Positions 31,927-42,994 of a stretch of 64,000 nucleotides of DNA are shown here, in pieces. Every line of letters begins with the position of its first letter. Position 1 is the first letter of the stretch. This DNA comes from Sedimentisphaerales bacterium (GTDB taxonomy: Bacteria > Planctomycetota > Phycisphaerae > Sedimentisphaerales > Anaerobacaceae). The translations under genes were made by a program, and so were the position numbers. The DNA lies in NCBI GenBank assembly GCA_963708075.1, contig OY970194.1, forward strand, positions 1,760,001-1,824,000, given 5' to 3'. A model generated the notes under the pieces. That model ran no database searches, had not been told where the DNA came from, and worked only from the letters and a program-made list of their open reading frames with translations.

Positions 31927-32664
31927 ATGGCGGAAAAACGACTTGCGGTGGTCACCGGCGCCGCACGGGGCATCGGCCGAGCCATTGTCTTCGAGCTGCT
32001 CAGGCAGGGCCGGCTCGTGGCGGGGCTCGATATCGTCGAGGACCCGCTCAAGGATTTGGAGCAGGCGGCCAAAGAGGCCGGCTTTGAGGTCGTGACACGG
32101 TGCGTCGATATCACAAAGACCGATAAACTCACCGAGGTGCTCGATTCCCTGGCAGAAAAGTATGGCGGCATCGGAATCCTCGTCAACAACGCGGGGATCA
32201 CCCGTGACAAGCTGATGATCCAGATGGATGACGAGGACTTCGACAAGGTTATCAACGTGAACCTGCGTGCCGCGTTTGCAGCAACGCGGGTGGTTGCCCG
32301 GTCGATGATCCGCAATAAGTTCGGCAGAATTGTCAGTATCAGCTCGGTGGCAGGCGTGATGGGACAGGCCGGCTCCGCCAACTACGCCGCCAGCAAGGCC
32401 GGGCTGATCGGCATGACCAAATCCATCGCCCGCGAGATCGGCAAGAAAGGCGTCACGGCCAACTGCATCGCCCCCGGCTTTATCCAGACGGATATGACCG
32501 CCAAGCTGCCTGACATGGTCAAAAACGCCGCTATGGAGGTCATCCCGGTCAAGCGATTTGGCACGGTCGAGGATGTCGCCCGGGCCGTCGCGTTCCTGGC
32601 CAGCGACGAGGCCGGCTATATCACCGGGCAGGTCCTTTGTGTCGATGGCGGCATGGCCATGTAA
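31927..32664 (+). CDS. fabG: 3-oxoacyl-ACP reductase
   Basis: TGAARGIG, NNAGITRD, NYAASKAG, IAPGFI.TDMT, ITGQVL.VDGG. Confidence 0.95.
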   Translation: MAEKRLAVVTGAARGIGRAIVFELLRQGRLVAGLDIVEDPLKDLEQAAKEAGFEVVTRCVDITKTDKLTEVLDSLAEKYGGIGILVNNAGITRDKLMIQMDDEDFDKVINVNLRAAFAATRVVARSMIRNKFGRIVSISSVAGVMGQAGSANYAASKAGLIGMTKSIAREIGKKGVTANCIAPGFIQTDMTAKLPDMVKNAAMEVIPVKRFGTVEDVARAVAFLASDEAGYITGQVLCVDGGMAM

Positions 32665-32809
32665 AAAAATTCAGAAAATGGTTGTCGAAGCCGGCCCGGA
32701 GCCGGTATCATACCGCCCGATATCTGGAGGGTGGTTTTGAACACATAGATGAGGCAATTACAGCCAAGACCTTACAAGAGAATTCCGATTCTGTTAAGGA
32801 GGATACCAA

Positions 32810-33088
32810 GTGAGTATCGACGAAGTCGATGTCCAAGCGATTGAGAATAAGGTGATCGAGATCATCAGCGAGCAGATGGGCGTTGATAAATCCGAGATCA
32901 CCCGCGATACGTCCTTTATCAACGATCTGAATGCCGACTCCCTGGACACCGTGGAGCTCGTCATGGAATTCGAGGACGAGTTCGATATGAGCATTCCCGA
33001 TGAGGAGGCCGAGAAGATTCAAACCGTCGGCGCCGCCATCGAGTACATCGTGACCATCGCACAGACCAAGAAGAAGGAAAGCACGTAG
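32810..33088 (+). CDS. acpP: Acyl carrier protein
   Basis: [20 protein letters not shown]...[21 protein letters not shown] before GTG. Confidence 0.96.
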   Translation: MSIDEVDVQAIENKVIEIISEQMGVDKSEITRDTSFINDLNADSLDTVELVMEFEDEFDMSIPDEEAEKIQTVGAAIEYIVTIAQTKKKEST

Positions 33089-33093
33089 CCCCA

Positions 33094-34338
33094 ATGGACA
33101 GACGCCGAGTGGTTATAACGGGCTTGGGCTGCATTACCTCGCTGTCCGAATCTGCTGATGGTCTGTTTACTGCGCTGTGCGAAGGCACGAGCGGGGTCAC
33201 GACGATCGAGTCTTTTGACGCCAGCGCATTCACCGTCCATTTCGGAGGCGAGATCAAGCACTTCGATGTGACCAAGTACATCGACAGGCGCGAAGCCAAG
33301 CGCATGGATCGCTTCAGTGAGTTTGCGGTTGCGGCGGCGATCCAGGCGGTTCAGGACAGCGGCCTGGATTTGGCCAAAGAGGACCCCTACCGCATCGGCG
33401 CGATTGTCGGAACGGGCATCGGCGGGATCAAGGAGATCGAGGAGCAGCATATCCGGCTGCTCGAGAAGGGGCCGAGCAAGGTCTCCCCCTTCTGTGTGCC
33501 GCGACTCATGTCAAACGCCGCCAGCGGCAACATCGCCATCCAATTCGGCCTGCGGGGCCCGAGTTTCTCCGTCTCCAGCGCCTGTGCTTCCGGAAACCAC
33601 ACGATGGGCGAAGCATTCTGGAACGTCGCCAGCGGGCGCAGCGACGTTATCGTCACCGGCGGCTCGGAAGCGGCGCTGACCCCCATCGGCTTGGGCTCGT
33701 TCTGTGCCGCCCGATCCCTGAGCACCCGCAATGACAATCCGGCGGCGGCCTCCCGGCCGTTCGATCGCGACCGCGACGGATTTGTTCTCGCCGAGGGCGC
33801 CGGCATCCTGATCCTCGAAGAATACGAGCGAGCCAAGAAGCGAGGGGCTCGAATCTATGGCGAGTTGCTGGGATATGCCGCGACCGACGACGGCTATCAC
33901 ATCACGGCCCCCCTGCCCAATGGCGAGGGGGCGGCGATGGCTATGAAGCTGGCCGTGGCCGACGCGAAGATCAACCCCGAGGACGTCGACTACATCAATG
34001 CCCACGGGACCAGCACCGAGCTGAATGACATCGCCGAAAGCATGGCCATCAGGACAGTCTTTGGGGAGCACGCCTACAAGATCCCCATCAGCTCGACCAA
34101 GAGCTGCCTGGGGCACATGCTTGGCGCCACGGCCGCGGTGGAGTTGATTGCAGCCCTCAAGACCATCAACAAGGGCATTATTCCCCCTACCATCAATCTC
34201 GACAACCCGGACGAACGGTGCGACCCCAAGATGGACTACGTGCCCTGGACGGCCCGGGAGGCAAAGGTGGATATCGCCCTGAGCAACTCTTTCGGCTTCG
34301 GCGGCCACAACGCCTGTATCGTGGTCGGCAAAGTCTGA
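33094..34338 (+). CDS. fabF: 3-oxoacyl-ACP synthase II
   Basis: RRVVITGLG, SACASG, SRPFD..RDGFV..EGAG, INAHGTST, STKS..GH.LGA, SNSFGFGGHN. Confidence 0.96.
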   Translation: MDRRRVVITGLGCITSLSESADGLFTALCEGTSGVTTIESFDASAFTVHFGGEIKHFDVTKYIDRREAKRMDRFSEFAVAAAIQAVQDSGLDLAKEDPYRIGAIVGTGIGGIKEIEEQHIRLLEKGPSKVSPFCVPRLMSNAASGNIAIQFGLRGPSFSVSSACASGNHTMGEAFWNVASGRSDVIVTGGSEAALTPIGLGSFCAARSLSTRNDNPAAASRPFDRDRDGFVLAEGAGILILEEYERAKKRGARIYGELLGYAATDDGYHITAPLPNGEGAAMAMKLAVADAKINPEDVDYINAHGTSTELNDIAESMAIRTVFGEHAYKIPISSTKSCLGHMLGATAAVELIAALKTINKGIIPPTINLDNPDERCDPKMDYVPWTAREAKVDIALSNSFGFGGHNACIVVGKV

Positions 34339-34536
34339 AACGCAACCCGTGATCTCCCCAGTCAAGCCTCCTTGACGTGACGGTGGTCTGCCGCAAGATC
34401 GCCTCATGCCCCATAAACCTTATTGCAGGCCGACATCTCCACCCCATACCATCGAGTTCAGTGCATGACAGGACTTGCGGGGTATAGTCCTTCCCATACA
34501 ATATATCCATAGCCGCGATGAAAAGGGGGATACGGG

Positions 34537-35502
34537 ATGCTGTGGGTACTGCTACTGCTGGCCGGCGGGCTGGTGCTGTTGTGGAAAGGCGCCGATCTCC
34601 TGTCCGAAGGGGCTGTCGGGCTGGCGGAACGGATGGGGGTCAGCCAGCTTATCATCGGATTGACCATTGTGGCGATGGGCACTTCAGCGCCGGAATTAGC
34701 AGCGGGGATCATTGCCGCTCGGGACGGTCGGGGCGATATCGTCGTTGGGAACGTCTTTGGCGCCAACATTGCCGATCTTGCCATGATTGCAGGTTTGGGC
34801 GCGATGGTTGGGCACCTGCGGATCCAGGCCACGACGTTGAAACGGGAGATACCCGCGATGCTGGTGGTTGCCCTGCTCCTGCTGCCGGTCCTGCGGAATA
34901 TGGCCATATCGAGGCTCGAAGGGGTATTCCTGGTCGCCGTGTTCGCGACACTGATGATCCTCACGATTCGCACGGCCCGCGGGTCTGCCGCGAGAGAGCT
35001 GGCCAGGGAATGGCAGGTAGTGGCGGAACCCCCTCGGACCGTCGGCAAGGACATTCTGTTCATGGTCCTCGGGTTCGTCGCTCTGGCGATCGGCGCGAAC
35101 ATGGCTGTACACAGCGCGGAGGCAATTGGCACGCGTGCCGGACTGAGCGACGCGGTGATTGGCGCGACCATTCTGGCCATCGGCACAACGCTGCCTGAAC
35201 TCATGACATCCATAGTTGCAGCCGTGAAAGGCCGTCAGGATATTTCCGTGGGCAACCTTGTTGGCTCCGTGATTTTCAACTCACTACTGGTCGTCGGCGT
35301 TGCGGCACTTGCCCGGCCGTTGCTGATCAGCCAGCGACTCGCCGGCGGCACGGACTACTGGTTCATGATGGGCACCTGCGCCGCGTTTACAGTCGTCGCC
35401 CTGCTCGGAAGAGGGACCATTCGGCGTCTCAGTGGAGCCCTTCTCCTGACCCTCTATGGGCTCTACTTGCTCTACCTGTTGAGGTCCACGGGGGCTATCT
35501 GA
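34537..35502 (+). CDS. Calcium/sodium antiporter (YrbG/CaCA family)
   Basis: Two alpha repeats GTSAPEL...GNVFGAN and GTTLPEL...GNLVGS; multiple TM helices. Confidence 0.9.
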   Translation: MLWVLLLLAGGLVLLWKGADLLSEGAVGLAERMGVSQLIIGLTIVAMGTSAPELAAGIIAARDGRGDIVVGNVFGANIADLAMIAGLGAMVGHLRIQATTLKREIPAMLVVALLLLPVLRNMAISRLEGVFLVAVFATLMILTIRTARGSAARELAREWQVVAEPPRTVGKDILFMVLGFVALAIGANMAVHSAEAIGTRAGLSDAVIGATILAIGTTLPELMTSIVAAVKGRQDISVGNLVGSVIFNSLLVVGVAALARPLLISQRLAGGTDYWFMMGTCAAFTVVALLGRGTIRRLSGALLLTLYGLYLLYLLRSTGAI

Positions 35503-35521
35503 TGCTGTCAGGGGGCGAAAG

Positions 35522-37117
35522 TCACGGATTCAGAAACATCGCGTCGGCGAAGATGTCCGTGAAGTCCTTTTCATGGGCAATCTCAATGTACTGGATCTTG
35601 CGGGCGAGGCGGGCGGCCTTTTCCCGGCACTCATCGCAGAGCAGCAGCATCTGAGCTCCCGAGGCAGCAGCGTTACCGACGAAATGGATGCGGTCGAGAG
35701 GCACATTGGGCAGCAGGCCGATACGAACGGCGCTGGACGGCCGGATGTAGTTGCCGAACGCGCCGGCCAACAGGACGCTCCCAATATCCAGGTCCTGCAG
35801 GCCCAGCTTGTTGAGGAGAATTCGGCTGCCGGCCCGGATGGCGGCCTTGGCGAGTTGCACTTCCCGTATGTCCCGCTGCGTCAGAACGATTGCCGGCTGG
35901 GTGGTTTTTCGGTCGAATGCCAGGCAAAATGCAGCCTGACCATTGCTTTCGAGAATGCGGGAGTAGACGTGCCCCGGCAGATGCCCGAGCTGCTCGCGTG
36001 GGACGAAGCGGCCGGTCCCATCCACAATGCCGAGGTCGCACATTACGGCCACTGCGTCAATCAGGCCGCTGCCGCAGATCGAACGAGGGACGGAATTGCC
36101 AATAACGTCTAATGCGATATCATCCTCGTTGGCGACCACGGCCTCGATTGCCCCATTCGCCGCCCTGCTGCCATGCTGAATCCTGGCCCCCTCCAGCGCC
36201 GGCCCGGCGGCACAACTGGCGGCGTATAGCTTTCCTCCCATTCCCAGGACAAGCTCGCCGTTGGTGCCGATATCGATCACAAGGGTCGTTTCCGACGCCG
36301 ATTCGACGTCCACGGCCAGCGCCACTGCCGTCGTATCCGACCCGACAAACCCCGCGATATTCTCGACACAGTGGACGTTGCCCGCAGGGTTCATGTCCAG
36401 GCGGAGTTGGGCAGCCGGCACATCGTGAGCATCGACGGACCAAGCCCGATACGGAGCCCGGCCAAGTTGTTCCACGGGAAATCCCAGGAAGATGTGGCTC
36501 ATGGTCGTGTTGCCCACAACACAGGCCTCATAGAGGTTCGACGCTTCAGTATGGCTTTGGCGGCAGAGGCGTCGAATCAGGTCGTTGATGCAGTCCACGA
36601 TGACCGCCTGCAGTTCGGCCAAATGGTCCTGCGACTGGGCGTAATTGATGCGGCTGACCACGTCGTCGCCGAAACGGGTCTGCGGGTTCAGTGTGGATTG
36701 TGTGGCCAGACAGCGGCCATCGACCATATCGACGAGTTTGGCGACCACTGTGGTGGTCCCGATATCCACGGCAACCCCCAAAATAGGTCCCTGTCCCGCG
36801 ATATTGCGGTACTTGTTGACAGTTGTGGGCTCGATGTTGCCTGCGGTACCGATGCCGTGTTCGAGGATTTTATGCTCATAGAACCGGGACTCAGGCGGGA
36901 CCATCACTCGCAAATCGCTGTTCACGGGGTATTGGCAGGCGAGCACCGTCCGCCCGGAAGGCTGCAATTTCACGGCGCACTTGCGGCAGGTGCCTTTGCC
37001 GCCACAGGGGGTCGTCAAAATGATACCCGCCCTGCTTGCAGCCTCGACTAGCGTGGCGCCCTGATGGATCAGGACCTCCTTGTCATCGGGCTCGAAGACT
37101 ACACGGAAATGGTCCAT
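35522..37117 (-). CDS. ASKHA-fold ATPase with N-terminal [2Fe-2S] domain (RACo/RamA-type corrinoid reductive activator)
   Basis: CGGKGTCRKC...LACQ; DIGTTT, GFVGSD, DIGTNGE, CAAGPALEG, ICGSG, TQRDIRE.QLAKAAI, AGAFG, GNAA. Confidence 0.88.
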   Translation of the reverse strand: MDHFRVVFEPDDKEVLIHQGATLVEAASRAGIILTTPCGGKGTCRKCAVKLQPSGRTVLACQYPVNSDLRVMVPPESRFYEHKILEHGIGTAGNIEPTTVNKYRNIAGQGPILGVAVDIGTTTVVAKLVDMVDGRCLATQSTLNPQTRFGDDVVSRINYAQSQDHLAELQAVIVDCINDLIRRLCRQSHTEASNLYEACVVGNTTMSHIFLGFPVEQLGRAPYRAWSVDAHDVPAAQLRLDMNPAGNVHCVENIAGFVGSDTTAVALAVDVESASETTLVIDIGTNGELVLGMGGKLYAASCAAGPALEGARIQHGSRAANGAIEAVVANEDDIALDVIGNSVPRSICGSGLIDAVAVMCDLGIVDGTGRFVPREQLGHLPGHVYSRILESNGQAAFCLAFDRKTTQPAIVLTQRDIREVQLAKAAIRAGSRILLNKLGLQDLDIGSVLLAGAFGNYIRPSSAVRIGLLPNVPLDRIHFVGNAAASGAQMLLLCDECREKAARLARKIQYIEIAHEKDFTDIFADAMFLNP

Positions 37118-37201
37118 TTACGTTCGCAGGCGTGCACCGCCGCGTCCGACCTGCCAGTGCGGGTGGACGTTCGCAGAGCCCCGAAGTGGGTATGGAATGG
37201 G

Positions 37202-37282
37202 TTAACTGATCTTATGCCGGATCTTCCAGCGGGTACGTCTCTTCTTGCTGCCGATCTTCCTTCTACGCCTTGGTTTAGCCAT
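37202..37282 (-). CDS. 26-aa very basic small protein MAKPRRRRKIGSKKRRTRWKIRHKIS
   Basis: Read manually; GGAGG RBS 5 nt upstream of ATG; below the ORF-track cutoff; promoter-like sequence upstream. Confidence 0.7.
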   Translation of the reverse strand: MAKPRRRRKIGSKKRRTRWKIRHKIS

Positions 37283-37336
37283 GCATTCCTCCAAACAAAA
37301 CCTTAAAATATCTCTGTTACGGACCATGGGAAACGG

Positions 37337-37372
37337 TATAATAGTGTAGCACACGCCGGATGTCCGTGTAAA
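37337..37372. promoter_or_regulatory. Overlapping divergent sigma70-like promoter elements
   Basis: Minus: TTTACA (37372-37367)-N18-TACACT (37348-37343) with extended TG; plus: TATAAT at 37337-37342. Confidence 0.45.
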
Positions 37373-37503
37373 GGGAGAAAAACCGCAAATGTTTGAGGCA
37401 AGGCGGACCGAAGCAGAAGCGGATCGGCATGGATGCCCGGACGGCGTGGCTGTGGGAGAAACCGGGGCGGTCCTTGTGGATCGCCGCAGAATCGGGGTGG
37501 ACT

Positions 37504-37812
37504 ATGATCCAGTGTGACAAGTGCGAGTTGTGCGAAATCGGTCCGGACGGCCGCAAGATGTTCAAGTGCGATCCGTTCTCGACCGTCAAGGAAGCAGAGT
37601 GCATCGCCAAATGGCAGCTTATCCGGCTCGACATGCTCCTGGGCAGCTACCAGAGCATGCTCAAGTGGTATGGCAAGCTCGGCCCCCTGCAGGACAAGAT
37701 CTTCAAGTATGTCCAGCGCGAAATCGGCGAAATGGAAGAGTCAGAGGGCTGGAAGCTCGACGAGCCGGAAGCGGAGACGGAGGAAGATCAGAATAATGAA
37801 TGGCCGCTGTGA
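37504..37812 (+). CDS. Small Cys-rich hypothetical protein with acidic tail
   Basis: MIQCDKCELC...KCDPF...EC; typical codon usage. Confidence 0.7.
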   Translation: MIQCDKCELCEIGPDGRKMFKCDPFSTVKEAECIAKWQLIRLDMLLGSYQSMLKWYGKLGPLQDKIFKYVQREIGEMEESEGWKLDEPEAETEEDQNNEWPL

Positions 37813-37980
37813 GAGGGGCCCGCTACAGTTGGGGTACGATTCGTGGAAATGGCCGTTTGAGGCCCGCGGTATTCCCGCGATGGGGGTGAGTGCCGCCGCG
37901 TTATGCCGGCTGCTTCTTTCCCGGATTCCTGCAATAAATTCATTGTGACTACCGTCTTTCGTCTGGTAAAAACACAGCAG

Positions 37981-38520
37981 ATGGACAGCAGCGTCGAGTT
38001 AGCCCGAATCATCGCCGGCTGTAAATCGGGGGACGCTGATTGTTTTGCGCAGATCGTGGATTTGTACGCCGGCCGTTGCTACGGATACTTTTACAGACTG
38101 ACGGGTGACCGGGACCTCAGCGACGAGTTGCTCAGCGAACTTTTCATCCGCCTGGTCCGGAAGATCGGGTCATATAAGGGTGGGGCGTTCGAGAGCTGGT
38201 TGTTCCGCATCGCCCTGAACATTTTTCATGACCACCTGCGTGGCAAGCAACGGCGAAAGAAGTTGCTGGACGCTCGGCGGACCGAGTTGGAGATCGAGCC
38301 GAACGAGGCTCCCAGGTCGGACGCCAGCGATGAACAGTTGGATAAGCTTCAGGTTCAACTCAACCGGCTGGACGCCGACACCCGGGAGTTGATCATGTTG
38401 CGGTACTATTCGCAATTGAGCTTCAAGAAGATCGCCGAGATGCGCCGCGAGCCGATCGGGACGGCGCTGTCCAAACTGCACCGAGGATTGAAGAAATTGC
38501 GGGAACTCATGGAGGGGTAG
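37981..38520 (+). CDS. ECF-type RNA polymerase sigma factor
   Basis: GD..CF..IV..Y, FESWLFRIA.N...DH.R, LSFKKIAE....PIGT..S.LHRG. Confidence 0.92.
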   Translation: MDSSVELARIIAGCKSGDADCFAQIVDLYAGRCYGYFYRLTGDRDLSDELLSELFIRLVRKIGSYKGGAFESWLFRIALNIFHDHLRGKQRRKKLLDARRTELEIEPNEAPRSDASDEQLDKLQVQLNRLDADTRELIMLRYYSQLSFKKIAEMRREPIGTALSKLHRGLKKLRELMEG

Positions 38521-38532
38521 TTGGTGGATTCA

Positions 38533-39039
38533 ATGGAAGACCAGACACGCGAAAACCTGAACGATTTGCTGCGGCAATTCCTTGATCCGGCCCAGGCGAA
38601 GGCCGATACAGAGGACATCCGGGCCGGCGAGCGGCTCCTGGATGCCTGCCCTGCCCCGACACCAGACCCTGAGACTCTCGCACGCATCAAAAGTGAGATC
38701 GTCACGGCCCTTGCCAGACGGCACAGGATCGCTATAGTCGTGCGCCGGTCTCTTGCGGTGGCGGCCGTGATCGCCTTTGCACTGATTGGATTGCTTCACC
38801 GCAGCCCGACCGCTGACAACAGTATGTTCCAGGCTTCCATCCTGCCCGCCGCCATCTGGGACAGCATCGATGTGGCCGCGGACGATCTGGACCTTGCCCG
38901 TTTCACCGCCGAGGTCCGCCAGATTGAGACGCAATTCCAGGCTTTGGAGGCCGGCGAGGACGAACCCGCCGGCAGCGGCACCGTGGAGGAACTCGAGAGG
39001 GAACTGATACAGATCGAAACCGAGATTAGGAAAGGATAG
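38533..39039 (+). CDS. Putative membrane-anchored anti-sigma factor
   Basis: Immediately after the ECF sigma; single TM (LAVAAVIAFALIGLL). Confidence 0.6.
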   Translation: MEDQTRENLNDLLRQFLDPAQAKADTEDIRAGERLLDACPAPTPDPETLARIKSEIVTALARRHRIAIVVRRSLAVAAVIAFALIGLLHRSPTADNSMFQASILPAAIWDSIDVAADDLDLARFTAEVRQIETQFQALEAGEDEPAGSGTVEELERELIQIETEIRKG

Positions 39040-39044
39040 TAGTG

Positions 39045-39872
39045 ATGCAGTCACGTCGGTTGGCCGCATTTTTCGGCGCTGTGGCATTGGTTGGGGGACT
39101 CGTGGGGATCGGCTCGGCGACGAACGAGCCCAGGCAGACACAGGGAGACATCTGGCAGGATGAGCCCGCGGAATCCCGGCAGACCTGGTGGCGCCGGGAC
39201 CTGACCGATGAGACGGCGAACAAGATCCTGGAGGGGCTTCGCAAGCGCGACCCGGCCAAGGCAAAGGAACTGGAGAAGCTCAAGTCCAGGGACCCTGAGC
39301 GGTTCAAAGCCGAGCTGCGCGAAGCCGGCCAGCCGGAACTCGACCAGATGACCCGCGACTACTTTGAGACACGCCGGCAGAGGCGAAACGCCGAGTTCGT
39401 CGAGTGGCTCAAGGCCAACTACCCCAAACAGGAGCAGGAGCTGACGGCCCTGAAGGACAAGGACCCGAAGCTCTACGTCACCAACTTCGAACACCTGATG
39501 ACTGAATATGGCGCCATCTTCGAGGCGTCACGATCCAACCCCGAACTTGGAGCTGTTCTCAAAGAGGATCACGAACTCAAGAGGAGAGTTGGTGAGTTGT
39601 GCCGGCGGCTGCGAAGCGAGAAATCCGATGCCAAGAAGCAGGAGCTCGGCGCCGAGTTGGAGGAGGTGGTCGCCCGGCGGTATGACCTGATCGTGCGGCG
39701 CAAGGAGATCGCCTACGAGCAATTCCTCAAACGGCTCGAAGAACTGCAAAAGCAAGTCATAGGGAGCAAAGACGAGATCGCCAAGTACAAGGATCAGAAG
39801 GTCAAGCAGGAAAACGTCCGCCAGCGACTCCAGACCCTCACCGACAACAAAGTCAAGTTCAAGTGGGACTGA
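39045..39872 (+). CDS. Exported highly charged alpha-helical/coiled-coil protein
   Basis: Signal-like N-terminus; E/K/R-rich; third gene of the ECF operon. Confidence 0.7.
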   Translation: MQSRRLAAFFGAVALVGGLVGIGSATNEPRQTQGDIWQDEPAESRQTWWRRDLTDETANKILEGLRKRDPAKAKELEKLKSRDPERFKAELREAGQPELDQMTRDYFETRRQRRNAEFVEWLKANYPKQEQELTALKDKDPKLYVTNFEHLMTEYGAIFEASRSNPELGAVLKEDHELKRRVGELCRRLRSEKSDAKKQELGAELEEVVARRYDLIVRRKEIAYEQFLKRLEELQKQVIGSKDEIAKYKDQKVKQENVRQRLQTLTDNKVKFKWD

Positions 39873-40104
39873 TCACATCAAATTGACCCACTCTCTTGCC
39901 AAGATTGCCCTGTGACGTTATTATGGGGCATGTTGGCTGCGTCAGCCTCGTTGTGGATGCTCTTCACAACGTACGCGCTGCCTGCGAATGGACAGGAGGC
40001 AAGGCTTGGAGTCGAACCGTTTCTGCTTGCTTGTTCAAGTAAAGCAACTCTCAGCACCGGAGCTACCCGGAATCTCATCGAGTTCTTCTGTTGGAGGTAC
40101 AGCG

Positions 40105-42977
40105 ATGAAGACACAACTCTTGGCAACTTCTCTCGTGGTTGTTCTGCTCTCAATGTTGTTGTGCGGCGCCGCGAGGGCCGATGCGCTGGCGGGATTCTCA
40201 GATATTACCGTGGCCGGCGATGCGATCGTCAGTCTTCGCCATGCAGGGACCGAGTATGTCGTAGCCAACGGCGATCTCACGCTGGGTACAACGACCCGGT
40301 GGTATATCCCTGTTGCCACAGGGGTGCCGACTCTGTGGGCTGAAGGGGCTCCGACTCCTGCGGCGACGACGACCCCTGGGGCGCCCCCCAAACCAGAGGA
40401 TCCCGGCTCGGAGGGTGACAACTTCCTGTTCCGATTGAACGGAGCGAACAACATGTCGTCCCTCGACGCGATCAACTTTCAGGAAACGATTTTTCCACTT
40501 CTGACCAAGACGGTCTTTGTGTTCGAGCGGGGCGGCAACGACACAGGCACATTTCAGGCGATCCTTGAGGACGGTTCGCTTGGAGCGCCGGTGGCATTCA
40601 ACGGCACGAGCGTCTACAAGGACACGGGCGCCGATGTCGGTGGTCAGCACGCCTTCGGCGTGGTTTTCACCACCGATGTATGGGTCAAAGGTGTGCGAAT
40701 CACGGCGCCGGGACACGACTGCCTGAGCATTTCCGCCATACCGAAACGATTGGATCCGAGACAGAGCCGTGATCCGCAGCCGGAGGACGAGGCGACGGAT
40801 GTACCGTCAGACGTGGTCCTGAGCTGGACGCCGGGAGAAGGTACGGCGGCAGCCAACGGGCACATTGTGTACTTGAGTGAGAACTTCGACGACGTCAACG
40901 ACGGCATCAACGGTGTCACGCTGAGTGCCAACAGCTATGATCCTCGACGGCTTGATTTCGGAACGACTTACTACTGGCGGGTCGATGAGGTCGGTGTGTC
41001 GCCCGGATCCACTGTTTTCAAGGGCGACGTGTGGTCGTTCACGGTCGAGCCGTCTTCTTACCCGCTGAAGAACGTGAAGGCCACAGCCTCCGGCGGCTGG
41101 CCGGCATGGGGCCCGAGAACACCGTCAATGGGTCCGGCCTCAGCGTCAGCGATGGGCACTCGACGGATGGCAAGCAGATGTGGCTGAGCACCGATGTACA
41201 ACCCAACTGGATCCAGTTCGAATTTGACGACATCTATAAGCTGGATGAACTGTGGGTCTGGAACTCCAATCAACTGGTGGAGAAGATTGTTGGATTCGGA
41301 GCGAAGGACGTTACGATTGAGTATTCCATCGACGCCAGTGCCTGGACCGAACTGGCTGGCGTGCCGCCCTTCGAGCAGGCCGACGGGGCGGACGATTACA
41401 CCCCTGATACACCGATCGATCTTGGCGGCGCTATTGCCAAGTACGTCAGGCTGACCATCAACAGCACGTGGGGCGGCGTCGCGCAGTGTGGTCTGAGCGA
41501 GGTGCGGTTCTTCTACATCCCTGTTCGAGCGAGAGAGCCTGTGCCGGCGAACGATGCAACCGCCCAGGAGTTGAACCTTGCGCTGAATTGGCGACCGGGG
41601 CGTGAGGCGGTCTCGCACCAGGTCTATGTCGGCGGCGACCGGGACGCCGTAGCTAGTGGCACGGTCCCCGTGGAAAACGTGAGCCAGCACAGTCTGAACC
41701 TGACCGGCTTGACTTTCGGAACGGCCTATTACTGGAAGGTCAACGAGGTCAACAGCGTGGCCAGCCCAAGCGCGTGGGAAGGCGATGTGTGGGCGTTCAC
41801 CACAAAGGAGTATCAGGTCGTCGACGACTTCGAGCTCTACACGAACGAATCGCCCAATCGGGTCTTTCAGACGTGGATCGACGGCTGGGGTTTCTCCGCA
41901 GACGAGTTCTATCCGCAGGGCAATCCGGGCAACGGCTCCACTGCTACGATCGGCTATGACCCGCTGGCCGGGGACATCATGGAGAAGACCATTGTCCATG
42001 GCGGTACGCAGTCGATGCCCTTCGACTACAACAATGCCCTCCAGCCGAATTATGCGGAGACCGAGCGGACCTGGGATACGCCACAGAACTGGGCTGTTGG
42101 CGGGGCGGACACCCTGCTGCTGTACGTTCGAGGACGGGCGCCCGCCTTTGCGGTGCAAGCATCCGGCAGCATCCTCATGGGCGCCGGCGGCGCAGACATC
42201 TGGAACAGCGCCGATGAGTTCCGCTTCGCCTGGAAGCGGCTCACCGGCAACGGGACAATCATAGCACGGGTGGACAGCATTGAGCGCAGCAGCGATTGGG
42301 TCAAGGCGGGCGTCATGATTCGCGAGAGTCTGGATGCGGGTTCGCAGTTTGCGGCGGTGTACATCACGCCGGACTATGGGTGCCGGTTCCAGGCCCGATC
42401 CATGACGAGCACGGCCGCCACAAGCGATAGCGCCGTGGTGACGCCCGAGCAGACCGCGATCAAGGCGCCGTACTGGGTGAAACTGGAGCGTACGGGCAAT
42501 GACTTCAAGGCGTACTACTCCGCGAACGGAACGACCTGGACCCCGATGGTTTGGAATCCGCAGACGATCACGATGACCGGCGACGTGTACGTTGGCCTGG
42601 CGTTGACAAGCCACAGTGCCACCGCTCAGACAGCCGCCGAGTTCTCAGGCGTTGCTACATCCGGCGGTGTGGCGGCCGCCCAGTGGGAGGTGGCGACGAT
42701 CGGTGTCGCGCAGCCGAACAACGATGCGGGGCAGTTGTACGTGAAGCTTCTGGACAGCGCCAACCACAGCAAGATAGTAAACCACCCGGACCCATTGGCC
42801 ACAGTGGCAGTGAGCTGGCAGCCCTGGGCGATCCCACTGAGTGAGTTTACCGGCGTGGACCTGACCAAGGTGAAGAAGATGATCATCGGCGTGAGCGACG
42901 CGGACAAGCGTGCGGCCGGCAGGCTCTACATCGATGACATCGGGTTCGGCCGACCGCTGCCCGTACCGGCTCCGTGA
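40105..42977 (+). CDS. Large secreted multidomain protein (discoidin/F5-8-like, FN3-like repeats, beta-sandwich); apparent 1-nt deletion near 41096
   Basis: Signal peptide; repeated P.D.AT.V...YYW(R/K)V(D/N)E...GDVW.FT modules; WVWNSNQ...CGLSEVRF; VVDDFE.Y...VFQTWIDG; halves lie in ORFs 39988..41187 and 41031..42977. Confidence 0.75.
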
Positions 42978-42994
42978 GGCGGAGAAAGATCGCT

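Noticed and set aside
28688..34338. fab cluster as a secondary-metabolite (type II PKS) locus
   Set aside because: Canonical rpmF-plsX-fabHDG-acpP-fabF order with no chain-length factor or tailoring genes
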